This document shows, piece after piece, positions 9,901 to 17,446 of a stretch of 35,486 bases of DNA; the stretch's first letter is position 1, and each line of letters opens with the position of its first letter. The stretch comes from an uncultured Hyphomicrobiales bacterium (GTDB lineage Bacteria; Bacteroidota; Ignavibacteria; Kapaibacteriales; UBA2268), in NCBI GenBank assembly GCA_964539225.1, contig CAZIIZ010000001.1, positions 1 through 35,486 of the forward strand. The letters are read 5' to 3'. The notes below the pieces were generated by a model. That model ran no database searches, had not been told where the DNA came from, and was given only the letters and a program-made list of their open reading frames with translations. The translations under genes were made by a program, and so were the position numbers.

Positions 9901-11227
9901 CCAAGGCAAGCTTGATACTCGTGCAGATGCCAGTGAACACCAAGGCGATTTTCGAAAGATTATCGAAGGTGTAAATCATACGCTCGATGCAATTATTCAT
10001 CCTTTGAATGTTTCGGCTGAATATATGGATAGAATTGCTAAAGGCGATATTCCTCCAAAGATAAATGAGCAGTATAGTGGAGATTTTAATGAAATTAAAA
10101 ATAATCTTAATCAGTGTATTGATTCTATCAATTTATTGATAATTGATGCTAATGGATTAGCAGAAGCGGCTATAAATGGCGATACTACTAAGCGTGCAGA
10201 TATTTCTAAGCATAATGGAGATTATCGAAAGATTATCCAAGGTTTTAATAATACATTGGACGCTACGACAGCACCTATCACAGAAGCCGTAAATATAATG
10301 GAACTTATGGCTCAGGGTGATATGTCGCATCTGATGGAAGGAGACTTTAAAGGAAACCATGCAGTACTAAAACAAACATTAAATTCTACTTTATTCTCAA
10401 TTAACCAATTACTACAACAAGTGAATGATACTGTCGCCGAGGTATTAAATGGTTCAATGCAGGTAGTAGAAAGCTCCCATAAGTTAAGCGGAGGAGCATC
10501 TGAACAAGCCGCAGCTATAGAAGAAATGTCAAGCTCTATGATGCAAATTGCTTCACAGACTAAGCAAAATGCTAATAATGCAAGGAATGCGAATTCTTTG
10601 GCTGATAATTCACAAAAAGCGAGTGAACGAGGATTTAGTGAAATGCAACAATTGCAAATTGCAATGAGCGAAATTAATGAGTCCAGTAAAAATATCGCAA
10701 AAATTATTAAAGTAATAGATGAAATTGCTTTTCAGACAAATTTATTAGCTTTAAATGCAGCGGTCGAAGCGGCAAGAGCCGGAGTTCACGGGCAAGGATT
10801 TGCAGTAGTTGCAGAAGAAGTACGTAATTTAGCTCGAAGAAGTGCAGAAGCCGCAAAAGAGACAGCTGTTTTAATTGAAGGATCTATCAAAAGGGTTGAT
10901 AATGGTACTATGCTGTCTGAAAAAACTGCAACCGTATTGAAAGAGATTCGGGAGCAATCCACAAGTGTTGCAGAATTAATTAAAGAAATTGCTATCGCTT
11001 CTAACGAACAAGCCAATGGCATAAATCAAATAGAAATTGGATTTATGCAAATTGACAAAGTAACCCAACAAAACACAGCAGGATCTGAAAAAAGTGCGTC
11101 TATTGCTGAAGAATTAGCAGAGCAAGCAAAGATGGTTGAAGAAATATTATCAGGATTCGTTTTGAATAAAACTGAACAACAAAACTTAATTCTAAAAGGT
11201 AGGACTTCGTATTATCTTAATAGATAA
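6995..11227 (+). CDS. Giant methyl-accepting chemotaxis protein (2 TM, HAMP, multiple duplicated helical modules, Cys-rich PAS, MCP signalling domain)
   Basis: 1410-aa ORF. TM1 is aa ~7-25, followed by a ~135-aa external loop, then TM2 at aa ~163-187 and HAMP-like [32 protein letters not shown]. The C-terminal MA domain (nt ~10412-11164) carries the canonical hairpin [49 protein letters not shown]. Confidence 0.92.
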   Translation: MSIKTKILLLLAGISLSFSLIIAIYSPNQSEKLAKSMLIKDAEFISNLLAENLALGMQTKDFDSGTALEQALQIIRGDSTQKDKIETIYNVQIFDANQEFVKSLIKNQNPSKINNKFSKLLFSENDEHIIASLPMKDQTKNTLGYLQIYFSKKHLTSETNKSQIFMLIMALIILLVSLGVGYYIVNSIVSSIKQIIQAAESVSLGDLNAVIDIHSKDETKLLGNSLAKTIATLKELISEIQFISEANANGHLDKRGDASKFQGAYYEIIAGINASMNSVISPLNVAAEYIDRIAKGDIPLKIVDEYKGDFNGIKNNINQCIDSLNGLIKSMLSTTELQKAGDIDAFSDEMKFTGVYRELINGYNVGMQVHINALMHILNLLNEYANGDLTNEMFIAPGKQIIATEIINKLRQNILALSEDASMLSNSAMKGRLDTRVDAAKHQGVYGKIIEGMNTTLSNVVGFFEAIPTPIQFMDKDFKIQYINNTGSQLLGLSKEQLKTKTCAELWKTKKCATKECPCYISMDKNHTFTCTNECMVGNDNLDIFCAAAPLLNEEGNVIGSFEFVMDQTEISKAARNASMISEYQSKQAQKLTKSLGQLSKGDLSFELEIDEPDNTTQEVFEVFSGIVDSINQSKAAIIALTTDANMLSEATVEGRLDIRANVNKHNGDYRKIVEGVNHTLDAVIRPLNVAAEYIDRIAKGDIPPKIIDHYNGDFNGIKNNLNQCIDAIAQLVDDASMLSNYAIEGNLDNRADEQKHNGDFRKLVAEMNHLMNAIAEPIGETSTILAGMSVNDFEIRYQSEYKGVWQEMRKSTELAQSRVNSFIKIITNISNGDISDLEPLKTSGKRSENDKLVPAGIRLMEAIQGVINVMIANISKQKAGDIEAFADASKFPGEYSKLIAGYNEGMQIHINTILEILNLLDEYANGDLSNKLPILPGKQIIATERVNKLRQNVLNLITDSNMLSTAAVQGKLDTRADASEHQGDFRKIIEGVNHTLDAIIHPLNVSAEYMDRIAKGDIPPKINEQYSGDFNEIKNNLNQCIDSINLLIIDANGLAEAAINGDTTKRADISKHNGDYRKIIQGFNNTLDATTAPITEAVNIMELMAQGDMSHLMEGDFKGNHAVLKQTLNSTLFSINQLLQQVNDTVAEVLNGSMQVVESSHKLSGGASEQAAAIEEMSSSMMQIASQTKQNANNARNANSLADNSQKASERGFSEMQQLQIAMSEINESSKNIAKIIKVIDEIAFQTNLLALNAAVEAARAGVHGQGFAVVAEEVRNLARRSAEAAKETAVLIEGSIKRVDNGTMLSEKTATVLKEIREQSTSVAELIKEIAIASNEQANGINQIEIGFMQIDKVTQQNTAGSEKSASIAEELAEQAKMVEEILSGFVLNKTEQQNLILKGRTSYYLNR
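7838..7960 (+). repeat. Intragenic coding repeat Z, copy 1 ([41 protein letters not shown])
   Basis: aa 282-322 of the MCP. Near-identical peptide and clearly similar nucleotides at 9053-9175 and 10001-10123. Confidence 0.9.
8006..8245 (+). repeat. Intragenic coding repeat Y, copy 1 ([80 protein letters not shown])
   Basis: aa 338-417 of the MCP. An 80-aa module duplicated at aa 878-957. Confidence 0.9.
9053..9175 (+). repeat. Intragenic coding repeat Z, copy 2 ([41 protein letters not shown])
   Basis: aa 687-727 of the MCP; see copy 1. Confidence 0.9.
9626..9865 (+). repeat. Intragenic coding repeat Y, copy 2 ([80 protein letters not shown])
   Basis: aa 878-957 of the MCP; see copy 1. Confidence 0.9.
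10001..10123 (+). repeat. Intragenic coding repeat Z, copy 3 ([41 protein letters not shown])
   Basis: aa 1003-1043 of the MCP; see copy 1. Confidence 0.9.
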
Positions 11228-11322
11228 GCTCGATTAGCGAATAGGAAGAAATTCATAATATTTTATTCAGTTGATTATGTAAATAAAAGTAAATGGAATT
11301 ATTATTATATTTGAGATAAGCG

Positions 11323-11694
11323 ATGATAAGTAAAAATATGGTATTGGCTTCAAAATGTATTTTGAAGACTGTATGGCAAAGATACGAAGTGTATATTGAT
11401 CGAATAGAATTTAGTACAGAACTCAGTAAATTGGTGATTCCATTTGAAAAAATAAAAGATGTTGCTTTAATTGAAACAGAATTAAAGGGAACATATCAAG
11501 GCATAATTCAATTGAATCAATTTGTCGTTCCTCGCAACATCGAATGGGAGAATTATCCTGAATATATCATTGTAGATAAAGATGGAAAATATGTTAAAGC
11601 AATAGTATATACTCCAGAAAGTACAAAGGCGTTTAATCAAGTAGTGGAGGAACAATTAAAAGAATATAGGCATCAAACAATAATTATTGCTTGA
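11323..11694 (+). CDS. Small cytoplasmic protein, tentatively bacterial PH-like; paralog of 19646..20002
   Basis: 123-aa ORF with no TM segment or signal peptide. The pattern W..Y.VY.DR.EF....KL.IP...I resembles bPH-type domains. Clear similarity to the ORF at 19646..20002 (shared SK..K..W..Y..Y.DR.E.....KL.IP and Y....TP.....F.....EQL). Confidence 0.6.
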   Translation: MISKNMVLASKCILKTVWQRYEVYIDRIEFSTELSKLVIPFEKIKDVALIETELKGTYQGIIQLNQFVVPRNIEWENYPEYIIVDKDGKYVKAIVYTPESTKAFNQVVEEQLKEYRHQTIIIA

Positions 11695-11715
11695 TTAGGC
11701 TTTAACAAAATATTG

Positions 11716-11805
11716 CTCGGATGAATTCTTATACAATTAATAATAAATACAAATATTGCGATTTAAGTTATGCATATCCCTTAAATTGGACCTAGTTCAT
11801 CCGAG
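11716..11805 (+). terminator. Long hairpin just after the small-protein gene (possible terminator of the YfiR-like/MCP unit)
   Basis: Perfect 10-bp arms CTCGGATGAA (11716-11725) / TTCATCCGAG (11796-11805) enclose a 7-bp inner hairpin ATTTAAG (11761-11767) / CTTAAAT (11780-11786). It is followed by TATTTTG. The 70-nt spacer is atypical for an intrinsic terminator. Confidence 0.3.
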
Positions 11806-11845
11806 TATTTTGATATCACGTATATTCAACATATTAATAATATTT

Positions 11846-11914
11846 CAAGTGGGTATTTTCGTTATCATTATATAATGATATTATAGCATCACCCCGTACG
11901 GATGTACCCACTTG
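11846..11914. promoter_or_regulatory. Nested inverted repeat with a Fur-box-like perfect 18-bp palindrome upstream of the TonB-receptor genes
   Basis: Outer arms CAAGTGGGTA (11846-11855) / TACCCACTTG (11905-11914). The inner perfect palindrome TATCATTATATAATGATA (11863-11880) contains ATAATGATA / TATCATTAT, the core of the classical Fur consensus GATAATGATAATCATTATC. Confidence 0.4.
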
Positions 11915-11964
11915 TGTTTAATAGAAAATATCGAGGGAATCATAATACTATTCGGGTGAAAAAA

Positions 11965-11997
11965 ATATAAATAAACATGTTGTTAGTTTATTTATAT
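11965..11997. promoter_or_regulatory. Perfect 12-bp-stem hairpin / palindromic site just upstream of the methyltransferase-like ORF
   Basis: ATATAAATAAAC (11965-11976) / GTTTATTTATAT (11986-11997) with a 9-nt loop. No T-tract follows. Confidence 0.25.
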
Positions 11998-12089
11998 CGC
12001 AACAACACTTGAAAAACAAATTTCATCCGAATAGTAATTTTGATAAAATATTTAATTGTTCAATAAAGAATACATATAGTTTAAATCGA

Positions 12090-12650
12090 ATGAAACATAA
12101 TATTATCAAAAATAATGATTGGAATGTGCCTAGTAATTTGCGTACTGCTTTGGCTAAGGTCTATATCCCTAAAAATTCATTTGTATTAAATATTGGTAGT
12201 CGCAATATAGATTCTATATTAAACATGGTAAAGTATTACCACGATGCTCGTATTTATGCTGTTGATGCAGATGCTGTTTCTTTAAATCAGCTGAGGAAAA
12301 AAATTGATAATGCAAAATTGTCGCATCGAATATTTACCCTGCTATCATCAGAGCGTGAAATAAATTTTCTTAATACTCAATTTGATTTAATTTTAATAGA
12401 AGGGATTGCCAATTTGAAAGGATTTGAGAAGGGAATAGACGTAGCGAATAAATTGCTAAAAGAGCGTGGCGTGTTGATAATGCGTTGTGAAAATAATTAT
12501 CATCTTGAGAATATGAAAATGCTTCGAAAAAATAACTATTTTCTATTAAATTATTTACTATTAGATATGGTCGAAGTACAAAATGACTGTGGAATTAGCA
12601 AAACGAATTGCAACTCAAATAGATTAGTTTACTATGTGGTGTCAAAATAA
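12090..12650 (+). CDS. Class I methyltransferase-fold protein with degenerate SAM-binding motif
   Basis: Fold-like order: VLNIGSRNIDS (motif I position, Gly-rich loop mostly lost), IYAVDADAVSL (post-I acidic), FDLILIEGI (motif II-like), KERGVLIMR. The start is uncertain: the ORF track uses TTG 12009; the first ATG is at 12090. Confidence 0.45.
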   Translation: MKHNIIKNNDWNVPSNLRTALAKVYIPKNSFVLNIGSRNIDSILNMVKYYHDARIYAVDADAVSLNQLRKKIDNAKLSHRIFTLLSSEREINFLNTQFDLILIEGIANLKGFEKGIDVANKLLKERGVLIMRCENNYHLENMKMLRKNNYFLLNYLLLDMVEVQNDCGISKTNCNSNRLVYYVVSK

Positions 12651-12682
12651 GAAAATATTATACAATTTATATTAGGGAATGT

Positions 12683-14692
12683 ATGAAAAAGTATTTACAA
12701 AAAATCGGCAGAACTGCAATTGCTACTGCTCTTGCTTTATCAATTTATTCTGGAGCTTTTGCACAAGATACAAAAGATTTATTAGATATGTCTTTAGAAG
12801 AAATAATGAATATGCAAATTAATGTAGCATCCGGATCTAAGGCTCTTACGCAAAGAGAGTCACCGGGAATAGTCTCGGTTGTAACCGAAGATGAGATACG
12901 AAAATCTGGTGCAAGAGATTTGATTGACGTTTTAGAATTAGTACCGGGTATTACATTTAATGTTGATGTCTCTAATGCGGTCGGAATATCAATGCGTGGT
13001 AATTGGGCTCATGAAGGAAAAGTGTTGCTTCTGTTGGATGGACAGGAGTTTAATGACTTACATTATGCCGCTAATCAATTCGGAAATCATTTCCCCGTTT
13101 CAGCTATTAAAAGGATTGAAATTATTAGAGGTCCGGGATCTGCAATCTATGGTGGTGCTGCGGAACTTGGAGTAATTAACGTGATTACCAAAGCTGGGGA
13201 AGATATCGATGGGATTGCTGTTTCTCAATACTATGGTCAAATGAAAGATGATTTCGGCAGAAAGAATACGACCATAATGGGAGGGAAAAAAGATAGTAAT
13301 TTCGCTTTTAGCGTGTATGGATTTTTCGGAGAAGGCAACCGTAGTGATAAACCATATAAAGATATTTACGGGAATGGGACAACAAATAATAAAAATACTC
13401 TCAGACTCGATCCGAATATGATAAATATGTCCTTGAAATACAGTAATCTTAGTTTACGTTTTATTTATGATTACTTTCATACTACAACAATCGATAAATT
13501 TACAACTATTTTACCTCAGGCAATAGATAAAACTTATGGTTCATATTTGGGTGAAATAAAATATGAGATTAAACTCTCTGATAATTTTTCTATTACTCCA
13601 AGATTTAACTATGTATTCCAAGAACCTTGGAAGGCATTAGATACCAATAACTATAGTTACGCTCAATCTACGAGATACAAAGGAAATATTGCTTTGAATT
13701 ATGCATTTGACTTAAATGCTGACACGAAAGAAAAAGTAGATATTTCTGCCGGTGCTGAATTCTATAAAGACCACACGAAAATTCCAGATGTAGCTCAAAT
13801 GGGCACTTTTACTAATGGCAAAGATTATTGCGAATATGATAATACAGCTTTATTCTTACAAGCTTTAGTTTCCACTCGTATCGCTAATTTTACGATAGGC
13901 GGTAGATATGATAAGCAAAGCGATGCCGGTGGAGCTTTTGCACCGAGAATTGGTATTACAAAAGTAATCGGGGATTTTCACACAAAATTATTGTATAGTC
14001 AGTCATTTCGTTCACCGGTTACATTTAATTTCGAATATAAATTAGAGAACAAATTAGACCCTGAGAAAACAAATGTTCTTGAAATGGAATTTGGATATAA
14101 GGCTACTGATAATTTATTACTCACAGCGAATTGCTATTATCTGACTATTGATAAAACCATTGTTTATAAAGTATTGCCAGACGGTTCAGAAGGATATATA
14201 AACGCCGGCAAAACCGGTACTCTGGGTATGGAATTTGAGAGTAAATATCTAAATGATTGGGGAACGGTAAATTTAAACTATTCTTTCAATACTGCTCACG
14301 GAAAGAATGAAATAAATGATTATAAAGTACCAGAAAACGATAACGTACTTTTAGGAATGCCTCAGCACAAGGTTACACTCAATAGTAGTATTAATATAGC
14401 AAGAGGATTTTCTGTGAATCCATCAATAGTCTTTATGAGTGAAAGAAATTATGTCTCTGCTTTGGATCAAGCCAATAATCAAATATATAGTGCCGGCAAA
14501 GCTCAATTGCAGATAAATCTATTTTTCAACTATGATGATTTCATCAAAAAAGGTTTGAATGTAGGCTTTGGTGCATATAATATTACTAATCAAGATATTT
14601 ATTATTATCAACCATATTCAGGGAATCACGCAAAATTGCCTGGAGCATCTACGGAATTTGTTCTAAGAGCTTCTTACAATTTTGGTATTTAA
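12683..14692 (+). CDS. TonB-dependent receptor 1 (669 aa)
   Basis: Signal peptide ..SGAFA/QD. Plug motifs ESPGIVSVVTEDEIRKSGARDLIDVLELVPGI and IKRIEIIRGPGSAIYGGAAELGVINVITK, followed by a long beta-barrel-like region. AGGGAA RBS. Paralog of 17447..19546. Confidence 0.9.
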   Translation: MKKYLQKIGRTAIATALALSIYSGAFAQDTKDLLDMSLEEIMNMQINVASGSKALTQRESPGIVSVVTEDEIRKSGARDLIDVLELVPGITFNVDVSNAVGISMRGNWAHEGKVLLLLDGQEFNDLHYAANQFGNHFPVSAIKRIEIIRGPGSAIYGGAAELGVINVITKAGEDIDGIAVSQYYGQMKDDFGRKNTTIMGGKKDSNFAFSVYGFFGEGNRSDKPYKDIYGNGTTNNKNTLRLDPNMINMSLKYSNLSLRFIYDYFHTTTIDKFTTILPQAIDKTYGSYLGEIKYEIKLSDNFSITPRFNYVFQEPWKALDTNNYSYAQSTRYKGNIALNYAFDLNADTKEKVDISAGAEFYKDHTKIPDVAQMGTFTNGKDYCEYDNTALFLQALVSTRIANFTIGGRYDKQSDAGGAFAPRIGITKVIGDFHTKLLYSQSFRSPVTFNFEYKLENKLDPEKTNVLEMEFGYKATDNLLLTANCYYLTIDKTIVYKVLPDGSEGYINAGKTGTLGMEFESKYLNDWGTVNLNYSFNTAHGKNEINDYKVPENDNVLLGMPQHKVTLNSSINIARGFSVNPSIVFMSERNYVSALDQANNQIYSAGKAQLQINLFFNYDDFIKKGLNVGFGAYNITNQDIYYYQPYSGNHAKLPGASTEFVLRASYNFGI

Positions 14693-14841
14693 TTAACATT
14701 TTGACAATTATTAAATGAACGCACAGATTAATGGATTCGAATTATACAATCCATATCAATTTATATGATAGTTTGTTTGGTATATGAGCAATATACTGAA
14801 TAAGAATACTAATTAATTCGTTATTACATTAAGAGGGGATT

Positions 14842-17277
14842 ATGAAAAAATATTTACAAACGCTCGGCAAGACAGCAATTATTATGGCTCTTGCATTAAC
14901 AATTAATTCGGAAGCTTTTGCTCAGGATTCTAAGAATTTACTTGATTTGTCGTTAGAAGAACTGATGAATATTGAAGTGGATATTGGCGGACGCGGAGGC
15001 GAAAGAACAGTATTTAATTCCCCTGTACCAATTGATGTAATTACAGCAGCCGAAATTAAGAACACCGGATTGACTGATTTAACATCGGTAATGCAAAGGC
15101 TTATTCCGGCTTTTAATAGTCCAAGACCGTCAATAACTGACGGTACTGATCACATTCAACCATTCACTTTAAGAGGATTATCTTCTGATCAAGTTTTGGT
15201 ACTAATTAATGGCAAGAGGAAGCATAATTCGGCTTTGGTACATATTAATAACAGTATTGGTCGTGGCTCTACCAGCAATGATTTGAATACTATACCCGTG
15301 GAATCAATTGAGCGAATTGAAATTCTTCGTGATGGTGCGGCAGCTCAATACGGATCAGATGCAATTGCAGGAATTGTTAATATTGTTTTAAAAACGAAAC
15401 CAGATAATTCTTCAAATCTGCAATACAAAACCACAAATGAAGGCGACGGAAACACCTATACATTTTCGCATAATTATGGTTACGAGAATAGTAAAAAAGA
15501 TTATTTCAATCTTACTGCTGAATTTAGGGATCGAGATTATACCAATCGTTCTATAGCTTTACAGGATATTGATGCGGGCGGATTGGATAAAGATATTGTA
15601 GGGAAACAAATTTATCGTCAAGGCGATGCGGCTGAACGTGATATTTTGTTGGTATATAATTATTCTAAAGATGCTAATGATGCAACTTTATATTCATTCG
15701 GATATTTGAATAATAGATACGGTGAGGGTGCCGGATATTATAGAAAACCTTCTGAAGCTAGAACTTTGGTTGCTGTGTATCCTCAAGGATTTTTGCCATT
15801 AATTAAGCCGAAAATATTTGATGGAGCTGTTACTGCAGGGGTAAAAGCAAAATTAAAAGGTTGGGATGCAGATATTAGTGTGAATTACGGAAAAAACAGA
15901 ATCGAATATAATGTTGATAATAGTATCAATAGTTCGTTAGGTCCGACCAGTCCTCGCTCGTTCTATTGCGGAGCATTACAATTTCAACAAACATTACTAA
16001 ACGCTGATTTCTTTAAAGCATTCGATTTCCTTACCAAAAATCCTCTGAATTTGGGTGTAGGATTCGAATATAGAATGGAAAATTTCTCAATTGAAAAAGG
16101 CGAAGAAGCCTCGTATATTACTGGGACTTATTCGGATTCTGTAGGCGGTGTGTTAAGAAAATATCCAGGCGGTGCTCAAGTATTCCCAGGATTTCAACCG
16201 ATTAATGAAACGGATAAATCCAAAAATAATTTTTCAATTTATGCAGATTTAGAAAATAAATTGCTCGATAATTTGTTAATCGGATTAGCAGGGCGATACG
16301 AGAATTTTAGTGATTTTGGAAAAACAGTAAATGGAAAATTTTCATTCAGATATGAACCAATTGAAAAATTAGTAGTTCGTGCTTCAACAAGTACAGGATT
16401 TAAAGCCCCTACACTAGAACAATCCTATTTTACTGCGACATCAACCAATTCTGTAGCGGGAGTTCCGTATCAAATTGGAACATTTTCAGTAGAGCATCCA
16501 TTGGCTAAATTACTCGGTGCCCAACCGTTAAAACCTGAAAAATCGTTCCACATTAGTGGTGGAATCGCAACTCAATTAATAGATAACCTGTCTATTTCGG
16601 TTGATTATTATTATACTCATATTACAGACAGAATTGTGCTGTCCGGTAATTTTCTATTGAATAACTCTTCGGATTATGTAGTCTCTTTACTTAATTCTTA
16701 CAAAGTAGGTGGAGCAAGATTCTTCACGAATGCTGTCGATACCAAAACATCGGGTTTAGACTTAGTCGCAAAGTATAATGTTGATTTTAAGAATGCGGGA
16801 CTTGTGCAATTGTCTGCCGGTGTAAATTATAGCGAAACTAAAATAGATGGGAATATCAAAGTACCAGCACAAATAAGTGATGCAAAGACCAAGGCGATTT
16901 TCTTTGATAGAATTGAAGCTGCCAGAATGGAAACTATGCAACCTAAGCTAAATTTGCAATTCGGAGTAGATTACAAAATCGGAGATTTCAAAACAAATAT
17001 TAAAGTTATTAAATATGGCGATATTAAAGTAGTTCAAGACGTACTGAAAACAGAATTAGATCAGACTTATGCAGGCAAAGTTATTGTTGATTTGAATATT
17101 GACTATCAAATTTTTAGTAATTTCTCAGTTAACGTTGGTGGGCATAATATTTTGAATACTTATCCTGATAAAGTAATGACCGGAGTGGCAAATTACAAAA
17201 TTGTTCCTTATACTGTATTCTCTCCTTTTGGATTTAATGGAGCAGATTATTATGCAGGAATTAAAGTGAATTTGTAA
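14842..17277 (+). CDS. TonB-dependent receptor 2 (811 aa, different plug/barrel subfamily)
   Basis: Same leader as receptors 1 and 3, then FNSPVPIDVITAAEIKNTGLTDL, FTLRGLSSDQVLVLINGKRKHN and IERIEILRDGAAAQYGSDAIAGIVNIVLK, followed by a long barrel. GAGGGG RBS. Confidence 0.9.
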   Translation: MKKYLQTLGKTAIIMALALTINSEAFAQDSKNLLDLSLEELMNIEVDIGGRGGERTVFNSPVPIDVITAAEIKNTGLTDLTSVMQRLIPAFNSPRPSITDGTDHIQPFTLRGLSSDQVLVLINGKRKHNSALVHINNSIGRGSTSNDLNTIPVESIERIEILRDGAAAQYGSDAIAGIVNIVLKTKPDNSSNLQYKTTNEGDGNTYTFSHNYGYENSKKDYFNLTAEFRDRDYTNRSIALQDIDAGGLDKDIVGKQIYRQGDAAERDILLVYNYSKDANDATLYSFGYLNNRYGEGAGYYRKPSEARTLVAVYPQGFLPLIKPKIFDGAVTAGVKAKLKGWDADISVNYGKNRIEYNVDNSINSSLGPTSPRSFYCGALQFQQTLLNADFFKAFDFLTKNPLNLGVGFEYRMENFSIEKGEEASYITGTYSDSVGGVLRKYPGGAQVFPGFQPINETDKSKNNFSIYADLENKLLDNLLIGLAGRYENFSDFGKTVNGKFSFRYEPIEKLVVRASTSTGFKAPTLEQSYFTATSTNSVAGVPYQIGTFSVEHPLAKLLGAQPLKPEKSFHISGGIATQLIDNLSISVDYYYTHITDRIVLSGNFLLNNSSDYVVSLLNSYKVGGARFFTNAVDTKTSGLDLVAKYNVDFKNAGLVQLSAGVNYSETKIDGNIKVPAQISDAKTKAIFFDRIEAARMETMQPKLNLQFGVDYKIGDFKTNIKVIKYGDIKVVQDVLKTELDQTYAGKVIVDLNIDYQIFSNFSVNVGGHNILNTYPDKVMTGVANYKIVPYTVFSPFGFNGADYYAGIKVNL

Positions 17278-17338
17278 ACAAAAAATTGGACGAAACATAA
17301 ATTAAAGGATGACTGTAGGAACTAATTAATATATATCC

Positions 17339-17411
17339 GAGGGGAATTGTTAATAGATACTCAAGCTTAAGAAGTAAATAGCATACATCCAATATTCCCC
17401 TCTGTTTTTTT
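17339..17411 (+). terminator. Hairpin plus T-tract after TonB-dependent receptor 2
   Basis: GAGGGGAAT (17339-17347) / ATTCCCCTC (17394-17402), followed by TGTTTTTTT (17403-17411). The loop is long (46 nt). Confidence 0.4.
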
Positions 17412-17446
17412 AAAAATTTATTATTTTAAAACAAGTGAGGTAATCT

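Noticed and set aside
7838-10123. Regularly recurring ~120-240-nt repeats that might suggest a CRISPR array or a satellite.
   Set aside because: They lie in one continuous 1410-codon reading frame and are repeated at the protein level (MCP modules). The copies are diverged, not identical, and they are not separated by unique spacers of uniform length.
11695-12089. Possible cobalamin riboswitch (or other known riboswitch) upstream of the TonB-dependent receptor genes.
   Set aside because: I found no B12-box-like GCCACTG core or other conserved riboswitch core sequence by eye. The structured elements are simple nested palindromes. Only an Rfam scan could settle this.
12090-12650. The methyltransferase-fold ORF as the chemotaxis methyltransferase CheR.
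   Set aside because: It lacks the N-terminal helical CheR domain and has a degenerate SAM motif. No other che genes are nearby.
12683-12835. The N-terminal extension of the three receptors as a FecA-type signalling (STN) domain for ECF sigma/anti-sigma trans-envelope signalling.
   Set aside because: The shared segment between the signal-peptide cleavage site and the plug is only ~20 residues, far shorter than an ~80-aa STN domain. No ECF sigma or FecR-like gene is present in the window.
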